This document shows, piece after piece, positions 9,310 to 17,586 of a DNA stretch of 32,000 nt (positions within the stretch are counted from its first letter, which is position 1; every line of letters starts with the position of its first letter). The stretch lies in NCBI RefSeq assembly GCF_014251775.1, contig NZ_CP059199.1, forward strand, positions 420,001-452,000. Reading direction: 5' to 3'. The translations under genes were made by a program, and so were the position numbers. Origin of the DNA: Candidatus Saccharimonadota bacterium (GTDB lineage: Bacteria; Bacteroidota; Bacteroidia; Flavobacteriales; Blattabacteriaceae). Below the pieces are notes generated by a model, which saw only the letters and a program-made list of their open reading frames with translations, was not told the origin of the DNA and searched no databases.

Positions 9310-12300
9310 CTATTTTAAATATATAAACAATTGTTTACTTCCAATATAAATTTTTATTCCATTTTCCATATTAGAAAATATAACTTTTTTAGATAAAGTT
9401 TCTGTACAAATAATTTTTATATTTTTAGTTAAAATAGATTTTATTTCTTTATCAGAATTAATATAAATATTTATTTTTTCTGTTATTTTATAATTTAATT
9501 TTTTTCTTAAATTTTGTATATTTCTAATTATATCTCTTATAAATCCTTCTTCTCTTAAAGATTTTGTTATCTCTAAATCTAGAGCTACTGTTAAATTTTG
9601 ACTAAATGAAACATCCCAATTTTTGATATATTCTGTAGTAATATTTACATCTTCTAATAAAATTTTTACATATTTTTTTTTAGATAAAAAAATAATTAAT
9701 TCTCCATTTTTTTCAATTTTTTTTATTTCTTCTTGTGTAAAATTTTTAATACAATCAGAAATTTTTCTAGTTTCTTTTCCAAATTTTGGTCCTAAAAATT
9801 TATAATTAGGTTTAATATGCTTGATTAATTCTAAATTTTTATAAGAATTAGGAAATTGAATATGTTTTATGTTAGACTCTTTTTTAACTATACTAGACAT
9901 TTTAATTAAAGCCTTTCTTTCTTCTTCTTTTTTAGAAAAAATAAGTATCCTTTTTAAGGGCTGACGGATTTTAATATTATTTTTTTTTCTAATAGAAAAT
10001 ACCATAGCAACAATTTTTTGCACTAAAGACATGGTAAATTCAAGATTTAGATCAATTAAATTTCTATTACAAATAGGAAAATTACTCAAATGAACACTTT
10101 TAAATTTTTCTTTTTTAGTTATAGAATTTAGATTTAAATAAATTCTTTCTGAAAAAAATGGAATAATTGGAGATACTATTTTTGTGATGGTAATTAAACA
10201 AGTATAAAGTATTTGGTAGGCAGAAATTTTACTATTAGTATATTTTTCTTTCCAGAATCTTTTTCTACAAAGTCTAATATACCAATTACTTAATTGAGTT
10301 AATAAAAAATTTGTAATAAGTCTAGCAACTTTAGTTGAATTGTAATTTTTATAATATTCATCAGTTTTTAAAATAACATTATTTAACTTTGAAAGAATCC
10401 AAAAATCTAATTTTGTATAAAATTTTTTATCATCTACTTCTTTATATAAAAAATTATCAATATTAGCATATTGAACAAAAAAAGAATAAATATTATAAAA
10501 TGTTCCAAAAAATTTTTTTATAATATTATGAATTCCATCTACATCAAATTTTATATTTTCCCAAGGTTCAGAATTATATATAATATACCAACGTATAGCG
10601 TCAGGACCATAATTATCAATTAAATAAATAGGATCTATAGTATTTCCTTTACTTTTAGACATTTTATGTCCATTTTTATCCAAAATAAGTCCAGTAGATA
10701 TTACATTTTTATATGCAATAGATTTAAAAATAGCACTACTTATAATATGTAAAGTAGAAAACCATCCTCTCGTTTGATCTACACCTTCTGAAATAAAATC
10801 AGATGGAAAAAATACATTTTCATCAATTAAACTTCTATTTTCAAAAGGATAATGAAATTGAGCATATGGCATGACTCCAGAATCAAACCATACATCAACT
10901 AAATAATTCTCTCTTATCATTTTCTTTCCTTTGGAAGAAACTAATATAATTTTATCTAAAATATGTTTGTGTAAGTCTATTTTATGATAATTTTCATCAC
11001 TCATATTATCTAATATAAATCCTTTATTTTTGAGAAAATTTTCTTGCATATATCCATAATCAATAGATTTTTGAATTTCTATAAATAATTCTTTTAAAGA
11101 TCCTATAACTATTGTTTCACTTCCATTTTTAGTTTTCCAAATAGGTAAAGGTGTTCCCCAATATCTAGTTCTTGATAGATTCCAATTTTTTAAATTTTTT
11201 AACCAGGAATTAAATCTATTATTATTTTTAGTATTAGATTCAGAAGAATGCCATTGAATTCCACGATTCAAAAAAATAATTTTATTCTTAATTTTTTCAC
11301 TGTTGATAAACCATGAATGTAATGGATAATAGATTATTGGTTTTTCTGTTCTCCAACAATGAGGATAAAAATGGATATGCTTTTCTGATTTAAATATTTT
11401 ATTTTCTTTTTCTAAAATTGAAATTATTTTTTGATCTACTGAAATATCAAATTTTTTATTATGATTAGGATCAAAATCATTTTTTATATATCTACCCCCT
11501 AAATCATAAGGAAAATCGTCTAAAAATTTTCCTTGTAAATCTACTAATGGAGCTAAAACGTTATTTTCTTTTAAAATTAATATTGGAGGAATATCATTTT
11601 TTTTAGCAACTATAAAATCTTCTATTCCAAAAGTCGGTGATATATGAACAATTCCAGTACCATATTCTGTATTTATAAAATTACTTTCGATAATTCTAAA
11701 TGCTTTTTCTATCTTTTTAAAAGGAGAAAACCAAGCAAATAATTGTTCATATTTACTATTAATTAATTTTTTACCTTTAAATTTACAAATTATCAGATAA
11801 GGAATTTTTTTGAATTTTTTATTAGAAAAATCTATTTTTAAATCATTTTCATTAAAAACAGGATAATAATTCCTTGATAATAAAACTTTATGAATCAATT
11901 TTTCAGAAAAAATAATATTTTCTTTTTTATTATTTAAATAATTAAAAGTTTTTACTAAAATATAATTTATATCTAATCCAATAGCTAAAGCAGTATTAGA
12001 TGGCAATGTCCATGGAGTTGTAGTCCAAGATAAAAAATAAATATCACCTGATATTTTTTTAAAAATATTAGATAAAGATTTTTTTATTGATTTAAATTTA
12101 ACAATAGGTGAGATTTGTTCTACTTTTTTATATGCTCCTGGCATATTTAATTCATGATAACTTAATGGAGTTCCAGCAGAAGGCGAATATGGTTGAACAG
12201 TATATCCTTCATAAAGGAAATTTTTTTTATATAATTCTTTAATTACCCACCATGTACTTTCAATATATTTCGAATTAGAAGTAATAAAATAATCATTTAA

Positions 12301-12753
12301 ATCAATCCAATATCCTATTTTTTTTGTAAAAATTTTCCATTTTTTTAATGAATCATAAACAAAATTTTCACAAATTTTATTATATTCACGTATACTAATT
12401 TCTTTTCCTATATTGTTTTTATTTATTCCTAGTTTTTTTTCTACATTTAATTCTACTGGTAATCCATGCGCATCCCATCCTGATTTTCTAAATACTTTTT
12501 TTCCTTTTAAAAAATTATATCTGCAAAAAATATCCTTAATAGTTCTAGATAATATATGATGAATTCCCGGATATCCATTTAATGACGGCGGACCATCATA
12601 TAATATATAAAAAGAACTATTTTTATCATTACAACTTTTTAAAAAATCTTCTTGAATTTTTTGAAATATTTTATAATCATTCCAATATTTATCTATCTCA
12701 ATAAAAAATTTAACTAAATCCAGTTCTTTATACTCAGTAAATTTTTTTAGCAT
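9310..12753 (-). CDS. ileS: isoleucine--tRNA ligase (long, type-2-like form)
   Basis: 1147 aa. HIGH-region variant (PSLNGYPGIHHILSRTIKD), KMSKS motif (HKMSKSKGN), editing-domain block (WTTTPWTLPSN). The length is typical of Bacteroidota IleRS. Confidence 0.98.
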   Translation of the reverse strand: MLKKFTEYKELDLVKFFIEIDKYWNDYKIFQKIQEDFLKSCNDKNSSFYILYDGPPSLNGYPGIHHILSRTIKDIFCRYNFLKGKKVFRKSGWDAHGLPVELNVEKKLGINKNNIGKEISIREYNKICENFVYDSLKKWKIFTKKIGYWIDLNDYFITSNSKYIESTWWVIKELYKKNFLYEGYTVQPYSPSAGTPLSYHELNMPGAYKKVEQISPIVKFKSIKKSLSNIFKKISGDIYFLSWTTTPWTLPSNTALAIGLDINYILVKTFNYLNNKKENIIFSEKLIHKVLLSRNYYPVFNENDLKIDFSNKKFKKIPYLIICKFKGKKLINSKYEQLFAWFSPFKKIEKAFRIIESNFINTEYGTGIVHISPTFGIEDFIVAKKNDIPPILILKENNVLAPLVDLQGKFLDDFPYDLGGRYIKNDFDPNHNKKFDISVDQKIISILEKENKIFKSEKHIHFYPHCWRTEKPIIYYPLHSWFINSEKIKNKIIFLNRGIQWHSSESNTKNNNRFNSWLKNLKNWNLSRTRYWGTPLPIWKTKNGSETIVIGSLKELFIEIQKSIDYGYMQENFLKNKGFILDNMSDENYHKIDLHKHILDKIILVSSKGKKMIRENYLVDVWFDSGVMPYAQFHYPFENRSLIDENVFFPSDFISEGVDQTRGWFSTLHIISSAIFKSIAYKNVISTGLILDKNGHKMSKSKGNTIDPIYLIDNYGPDAIRWYIIYNSEPWENIKFDVDGIHNIIKKFFGTFYNIYSFFVQYANIDNFLYKEVDDKKFYTKLDFWILSKLNNVILKTDEYYKNYNSTKVARLITNFLLTQLSNWYIRLCRKRFWKEKYTNSKISAYQILYTCLITITKIVSPIIPFFSERIYLNLNSITKKEKFKSVHLSNFPICNRNLIDLNLEFTMSLVQKIVAMVFSIRKKNNIKIRQPLKRILIFSKKEEERKALIKMSSIVKKESNIKHIQFPNSYKNLELIKHIKPNYKFLGPKFGKETRKISDCIKNFTQEEIKKIEKNGELIIFLSKKKYVKILLEDVNITTEYIKNWDVSFSQNLTVALDLEITKSLREEGFIRDIIRNIQNLRKKLNYKITEKINIYINSDKEIKSILTKNIKIICTETLSKKVIFSNMENGIKIYIGSKQLFIYLK

Positions 12754-12786
12754 GAAAAAATTTTATTTAATATTTATTACTAAAAA

Positions 12787-15339
12787 ATGAATTTAAAAGA
12801 ATTAAATAATAAAAAAGAAGAAACCCCATTAATTAAACAATATAATAATATAAAAAAAAAATATCCTAATTCTATTTTATTATTCCAAGTTGGTGATTTT
12901 TATGAAACTTTTGGGAAAGATGCCATTATGTGCTCTAAAATACTAAATATTGTTTTAACAAGAAGATCAAAAAAAATTACTCATTTAGCTGGATTTCCTT
13001 GCCATTCGTTAAATAATTATCTTTCAAAACTAATTAAATCAGGAGTAAGAATAGCTATTTGTAATCAATTAGAAGAACCAATCAAAGGTAAAAACATTGT
13101 AAAAAGAGGTGTAGTAGAACTAATTACTCCGGGAGTAATATTAAATGAAAATATTCTTAAGAATAAAAAAAATAATTTTTTAGCATCTATTCACATAGAT
13201 AAAAAAAAATTTGGGTTAAGTTTATTAGATATTTCCACAGGAGATTTTTTTATTATAGAAGATAAAGAAAATTATTTATTACAATATATTAATCATTTTC
13301 AACCTAATGAAATAATTTTTCAAAAAAGTAAAAAAGATTATTTTAATAATTTATTAAAAAATAATAAATATCCAATCTTCTTAATAGAAGATTGGATATT
13401 TAATTTCCAAAATTCTTATGAAAAATTAATTTTTCATTTTAAAACAAATTCTTTAAAAGGATTTGGAATTGAACATATGAAATTAGGAATAGTATCTTCC
13501 GGAGTTATATTGTTTTATGTAACTAATAATCAATATTATAAAATTGATCATATTTCAAATATACGTATAATAAATAGAAAAAAGTTCATGTGGATTGATG
13601 ATTATACATTTAATAATTTAGAAATATTTCAATCTATAAATAAAAATGGAACATCTTTAATAAAAGTATTAGATAACACTATTACTTCTATGGGAGGAAG
13701 ATTATTAAAAAATTGGTTATTATTTCCGTTAATTGATATCGATATTATAAATAAAAGAATTCAAATAGTTAAAGAACTATATCTTAATAATTCTTTAAGA
13801 AATTTTATAGAAAAAAAACTAAAAGGAATTTATGATCTAGAAAGAATTATATCAAGAATGGTAGTAGGAAAAACTAATCCAAAAGAAACATTAATCTTAA
13901 ATAAATCTATTTTTCATATAGAAGAAATAAAAAAAAAAATAATTATTCAAAAAAAAAAATCAATTCAAATTATAGGAGAATATTTAGAATGTTTTAATTG
14001 TATTCATGTTTATAAAGAAATAAAAAAAACTATAATAGAAGATGCATTACCATATCAAATGGATAAAGAAATTGGAAAAACAATAAAAGAAGGTGTTTCT
14101 CAAATACTGGATAAAACTAGAAAATTATATTTAAATCAAAAAGAATTTTTAGAAAAAATTATTGATAAAGAAAAAACAAAAACAAAAATAAAAAATATTA
14201 AAATAAATTTTAATAATGCATTTGGATATTCTTTTGAAATAAAAAAAAAAGATAAAAAAAATGTTCCAAATTATTGGATACAAAAACAAATATTAGCAAA
14301 TATAATAAGATATACCACTCAAGATCTAAAAAATTATGAATTAAATATTCTAAATATAGAAAAAAAAATAGTTTTTCTAGAAAAAGAATTATTCAATAAA
14401 TTAATCAAGAATATCCTAAAAGATTTAAAAAATCTACAAAATATTTCAAAAATAATAGCCGAACTAGATGTATTATGTTCATTTTCATCTAATGCATTAA
14501 AAAATAATTATTCAGAACCAAAAATTAATGATTCTTATAATTTATTGATTAAAAATGGTAGACATCCAGTAATAGAAAAAAATTTTCTAGATAAAAATTC
14601 ATATATTCCAAATAATATTTTTCTTGATAAAAAAACACAACAAATTATTATTATAACAGGACCTAATATGTCAGGAAAATCTGCAGTCTTACGTCAAACT
14701 GCTATTATTGTACTAATGTCACAAATTGGTAGCTATATTCCTGCTGAATATGCAGAAATAGGAATAATAGATAAAATATTTAGCAGAATCGGAGCAACTG
14801 ATAATATTTCAATTGGGGAATCAACTTTTATGGTAGAAATGAATGAAACTGCCAATATATTAAATAACTTTACAAAAAGAAGTTTAATTATTTTAGATGA
14901 AATAGGAAGAGGAACTAGTACTAATGAGGGAGTAGCGTTAGCTAAATCAATTATAGAATTTCTACACGAAGATAAACTAATGCCATTTACTTTATTTGCT
15001 ACTCATTATCATGAATTAAATCAAATTTATTTAAATTTTTATAGAGTTAAAAATTATCATATATCTGTAAAAAAAATTAATAACAATATTATTTTTATAA
15101 GAAAATTATTACCTGGAACTAGTAAATCCAGTATGGGAATTCATGTAGCAAAAATATCAGGAATTCCTATAAAAATTATTAATAGAGCAAATAATATTTT
15201 AAAAAATATAGAAAATGATAAAAAAAATTATTTAAACGAGATAATAAAAGAAATAAAAAATATAAAATTATTATCATATAATAAAAAATTAATTATTATT
15301 GAAAAAATAAAAAATTTATTAAAAAATTATAATTATTGA
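12787..15339 (+). CDS. mutS: DNA mismatch repair protein MutS
   Basis: 850 aa. N-terminal mismatch-binding block (TPLIKQYNNIKKKYPNSILLFQVGDFYETFGKDA), Walker A (ITGPNMSGKSAVLRQ), STFMVEMNE and DEIGRGTST motifs. Confidence 0.97.
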   Translation: MNLKELNNKKEETPLIKQYNNIKKKYPNSILLFQVGDFYETFGKDAIMCSKILNIVLTRRSKKITHLAGFPCHSLNNYLSKLIKSGVRIAICNQLEEPIKGKNIVKRGVVELITPGVILNENILKNKKNNFLASIHIDKKKFGLSLLDISTGDFFIIEDKENYLLQYINHFQPNEIIFQKSKKDYFNNLLKNNKYPIFLIEDWIFNFQNSYEKLIFHFKTNSLKGFGIEHMKLGIVSSGVILFYVTNNQYYKIDHISNIRIINRKKFMWIDDYTFNNLEIFQSINKNGTSLIKVLDNTITSMGGRLLKNWLLFPLIDIDIINKRIQIVKELYLNNSLRNFIEKKLKGIYDLERIISRMVVGKTNPKETLILNKSIFHIEEIKKKIIIQKKKSIQIIGEYLECFNCIHVYKEIKKTIIEDALPYQMDKEIGKTIKEGVSQILDKTRKLYLNQKEFLEKIIDKEKTKTKIKNIKINFNNAFGYSFEIKKKDKKNVPNYWIQKQILANIIRYTTQDLKNYELNILNIEKKIVFLEKELFNKLIKNILKDLKNLQNISKIIAELDVLCSFSSNALKNNYSEPKINDSYNLLIKNGRHPVIEKNFLDKNSYIPNNIFLDKKTQQIIIITGPNMSGKSAVLRQTAIIVLMSQIGSYIPAEYAEIGIIDKIFSRIGATDNISIGESTFMVEMNETANILNNFTKRSLIILDEIGRGTSTNEGVALAKSIIEFLHEDKLMPFTLFATHYHELNQIYLNFYRVKNYHISVKKINNNIIFIRKLLPGTSKSSMGIHVAKISGIPIKIINRANNILKNIENDKKNYLNEIIKEIKNIKLLSYNKKLIIIEKIKNLLKNYNY

Positions 15340-15392
15340 ATATATAATAATATATAAAGTATTTTTTATATATATTAGTGATTATATAAATA

Positions 15393-15465
15393 GCGAGAAT
15401 AGCTCAGTTGGTAGAGTACAACCTTGCCAAGGTTGGGGTCACGGGTTCAAACCCCGTTTCTCGCT
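15393..15465 (+). tRNA. tRNA-Gly (anticodon GCC)
   Basis: GCGAGAA-TA-GCTC-AGTTGGTA-GAGT-A-CAACC-TTGCCAA-GGTTG-GGGTC-ACGGG-TTCAAAC-CCCGT-TTCTCGC-T. 73 nt. Confidence 0.92.
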
Positions 15466-15477
15466 TATTTTAGATGC

Positions 15478-15562
15478 ATCCGGGTGGTGGAATTGGTATA
15501 CACACAGGACTTAAAATCCTGTGATCATTATGATCATACGGGTTCGACTCCCGTCCCGGGTA
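15478..15562 (+). tRNA. tRNA-Leu (anticodon TAA), long variable arm
   Basis: Anticodon arm CAGGA-CTTAAAA-TCCTG, variable arm TGATCATTATGATCATA, T arm ACGGG-TTCGACT-CCCGT, acceptor ATCCGGG/CCCGGGT plus discriminator A. The fold implies A1-U72 and U2-G71 at the top of the acceptor stem, so the exact 5' end is slightly less certain. Confidence 0.87.
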
Positions 15563-15571
15563 TTTTTGTAA

Positions 15572-17032
15572 TTATTTTATAAAATAATTAGGTGCTTCCT
15601 TAATTATATTTACACTATGTGGATGATTTTCTTTTATTCCTGAATTAGTTATTTTTACAAATTTTGCTTTATTCATTAGATCTGTAATATTAGAAACACC
15701 ACAATATCCCATACCTGAACGTAATCCACCGCAAATTTGATAAATAATATCTTTCATTTTTCCCTTATAAGGAACTATTGCTTCTATTCCTTCTGGAACT
15801 AATTTATCATTTAGTTGAAAATATCTATCTTTACTTCCTCTATTCATAGCTATTAATGAACCCATACCTACATAAGTTTTAAATTTTCTACCATGAGATA
15901 TTACTTCTTCTCCAGGAGCTTCATCTGCACCTGCAAATAAACTCCCTATCATTACTGAACTTGCTCCAAATGCTAAAGCTTTTACTACATCTCCTGAATA
16001 TCTAATTCCTCCATCAGAAACTACATTAACATTTCTTGTTTTAGAATATTCATAAACATCATTTATAGCAGTAATTTGAGGCATTCCTACCCCAGCTATA
16101 ACTCTAGTAGTGCATATTGATCCAGATCCAATTCCAACTTTTAAAATAGATGAACCAGCATCTATTAAATCTTTAGCACCTTTTTTGGTAACCACATTTC
16201 CTACTAATAACGGAATTCTTGGAAAAGAATGACGAATTAATTTTATAATATTAATAATTCTAGAAGAATGACCATGAGCAGAATCAATAGTTATAATATC
16301 TACTTTTACTTTCATTAATGACTCCACCCTATCTAAAGTTTTATTATCTATTCCTACTGCTGCACCTACTCTAAGACATCCTTTAGAATCTTTACAAGCA
16401 TTAGGATATTTAATAATATTATCAATATCTTTAATTGTTATTAATCCCTCTAATTTATTAGAATCATCTACAATTGGTAATTTTTCTATTCTTTCCTTTA
16501 ATAAAATATTTTTTGCATTCTCTATTGTTATATTTTTTGTTGATTTTATTAAATTATCTTTTGTCATTACTTCTTCTACTAAAGAATCTAAATCAATTCT
16601 ATATTTAATATCTCTTCTAGTAATTATACCTACTAAATATCTATTTTTTTCTATAACCGGTAATCCGGATATACTATATTTTTTCATTAAAAATTGAGCT
16701 TTTTTTAATGTAGAATTTCTAGAAAGAGTAATAGGATTATCTATTATTCCACTTTCACATCTTTTTACTTTATATACTTCTTTTGTTTGATTTTTTATAT
16801 TCATATTTTTATGAATAATTCCTATACCACCAGCTCTGGCAAGAGAAATAGCCAAAGAAGATTCAGTTACAGTATCCATTGCTGCACTCATTATTGGAAT
16901 ATTTAAGATAATATCATTAGTTAAAGATGTTTTTAAAGAAACTTCTGAAGGTAATACTGAAGAATATGATGGAATAAGTAAAACATCATCAAAAGTTAAT
17001 GCTTCTTTTATAATTTTGTCGTTTAAAGACAT
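15572..17032 (-). CDS. guaB: inosine-5'-monophosphate dehydrogenase
   Basis: 486 aa. N-terminal [13 protein letters not shown], tandem CBS insert, catalytic-loop block [21 protein letters not shown], and C-terminal [11 protein letters not shown]. Confidence 0.97.
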   Translation of the reverse strand: MSLNDKIIKEALTFDDVLLIPSYSSVLPSEVSLKTSLTNDIILNIPIMSAAMDTVTESSLAISLARAGGIGIIHKNMNIKNQTKEVYKVKRCESGIIDNPITLSRNSTLKKAQFLMKKYSISGLPVIEKNRYLVGIITRRDIKYRIDLDSLVEEVMTKDNLIKSTKNITIENAKNILLKERIEKLPIVDDSNKLEGLITIKDIDNIIKYPNACKDSKGCLRVGAAVGIDNKTLDRVESLMKVKVDIITIDSAHGHSSRIINIIKLIRHSFPRIPLLVGNVVTKKGAKDLIDAGSSILKVGIGSGSICTTRVIAGVGMPQITAINDVYEYSKTRNVNVVSDGGIRYSGDVVKALAFGASSVMIGSLFAGADEAPGEEVISHGRKFKTYVGMGSLIAMNRGSKDRYFQLNDKLVPEGIEAIVPYKGKMKDIIYQICGGLRSGMGYCGVSNITDLMNKAKFVKITNSGIKENHPHSVNIIKEAPNYFIK

Positions 17033-17193
17033 AATATTTTATATTTTATTAAATAATTACATTGAATAAAAGAAAAATAAATATATAATATTCTAATATC
17101 TAGAATTAGGTAAATAAAAATTAAAATGAAATCATAATTTTTATAAAAAAAAGCCATAGATAAATATATATTTTTTCATTTAAAATTTTTATA

Positions 17194-17201
17194 TAAATTT
17201 G
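17194..17201 (+). promoter_or_regulatory. possible Bacteroidota-type -7 promoter element (TAnnTTTG)
   Basis: TAAATTTG matches the TAnnTTTG consensus exactly and ends 28 nt upstream of the ORF ATG at 17230. Only a degenerate TTTC (17174-17177) sits where a -33 TTTG would be expected. Motif matches are weak evidence in DNA at about 11% GC. Confidence 0.2.
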
Positions 17202-17229
17202 TTCTGAATGTCTAAAATTTGAAATATTT

Positions 17230-17298
17230 ATGATGAAAAAATTAAGAATTGCTGTTACAACAATGTTGTTAGCAACATTATTACTTGCCGTTGGTTGC
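17230..17298 (+). other. predicted type II (lipoprotein) signal peptide plus lipobox cysteine codon
   Basis: n-region MMKKLR, h-region IAVTTMLLATLLLAV, then G-C with TGC at 17296-17298. This fits the PROSITE-style lipobox pattern [LIVMFWSTAG](2)-[LIVMFYSTAGCQ]-[AGS]-C. The cognate peptidase gene lspA is present at 8628-9257. Confidence 0.55.
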
Positions 17299-17520
17299 AA
17301 TAATAAAAATAAAAGTAGTGATAATAACACTAATGAAAGTGATACAGAAGAAGATAGACCAATTAATAATGAAAATGAAAGTCCTACAGATTCAACATCT
17401 TCATCATCTTCTGATGATACTTCATCCAATGATCATGATGGAACTTCAAAAAATAATGAAGAAAATGATTCTTCTAATAAAGATAGTACAACACCATCTG
17501 AAAATAACGAAACAAAGTAA
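17230..17520 (+). CDS. orphan putative lipoprotein with an acidic S/N/D/E/T-rich low-complexity tail (96 aa)
   Basis: MMKKLRIAVTTMLLATLLLAVG|C: basic n-region, hydrophobic core, lipobox L-A-V-G-C with Cys23. The mature 74 aa has 17 S, 16 N, 10 D, 9 E and 9 T, only 6 K/R, and no aromatic residues. There is no SD upstream, as for the other genes here. It ends in tandem TAA TAA followed by a hairpin. I recognise no homolog, and it could also be the N-terminal stump of a decayed lipoprotein gene. Confidence 0.55.
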   Translation: MMKKLRIAVTTMLLATLLLAVGCNNKNKSSDNNTNESDTEEDRPINNENESPTDSTSSSSSDDTSSNDHDGTSKNNEENDSSNKDSTTPSENNETK

Positions 17521-17545
17521 TAAGTAACAGTAAAATAAAATAAAA

Positions 17546-17585
17546 AAAAGCAAGAAAAGGATAATTTCCACCTTTTTTTGCTTTT
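17546..17585. terminator. bidirectional intrinsic-terminator-like hairpin between the convergent orphan ORF and rplS
   Basis: AAAAGCAAGAAAAGG (17546-17560) pairs with CCTTTTTTTGCTTTT (17571-17585). That gives 15 bp with one G-U and a 10-nt loop. An A-run lies on one side and a T-run on the other, so either strand reads hairpin plus U-tract. The minus-strand version is followed by T8 and begins 2 nt after the rplS stop. Confidence 0.5.
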
Positions 17586-17586
17586 A

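Noticed and set aside
17062-17089. Sigma70-like TTGAAT (17062-17067), 16-nt spacer, TATAAT (17084-17089) on the plus strand, upstream of the orphan ORF.
   Set aside because: TATAAT-like hexamers are expected by chance in 11%-GC DNA. The element sits 140 nt from the ATG. Bacteroidota primary sigma factors use a different (-33 TTTG / -7 TAnnTTTG) architecture.
17121-17429. 102-aa minus-strand ORF antisense to the orphan lipoprotein candidate.
   Set aside because: It has no signal or motif at its N-terminus (MDEVSSEDDEDV). Its 3' third runs into the 11%-GC spacer and translates as typical AT-junk (FIINISNF...IYIYLWLFFIKIMISF). Its hydrophobic stretch is just the complement of the Ser/Asp/Glu codons. 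I kept it only as a caveat in a finding.
17285-17527. 80-aa plus-strand ORF in an alternative frame (MPLVAIIKIKVVIITLMKVIQKKIDQ...).
   Set aside because: It has no recognisable features and starts inside the signal-peptide region of the better-supported frame. Its existence reflects the biased triplet composition of the locus.
17033-17586. The idea that the guaB-rplS gap is a horizontally acquired island or mobile-element remnant.
   Set aside because: There are no flanking direct or inverted repeats, no integrase or transposase fragment, and it does not abut a tRNA. The ORF's GC (about 28%), codon style and lack of SD match the host. A native orphan or gene remnant is more parsimonious.
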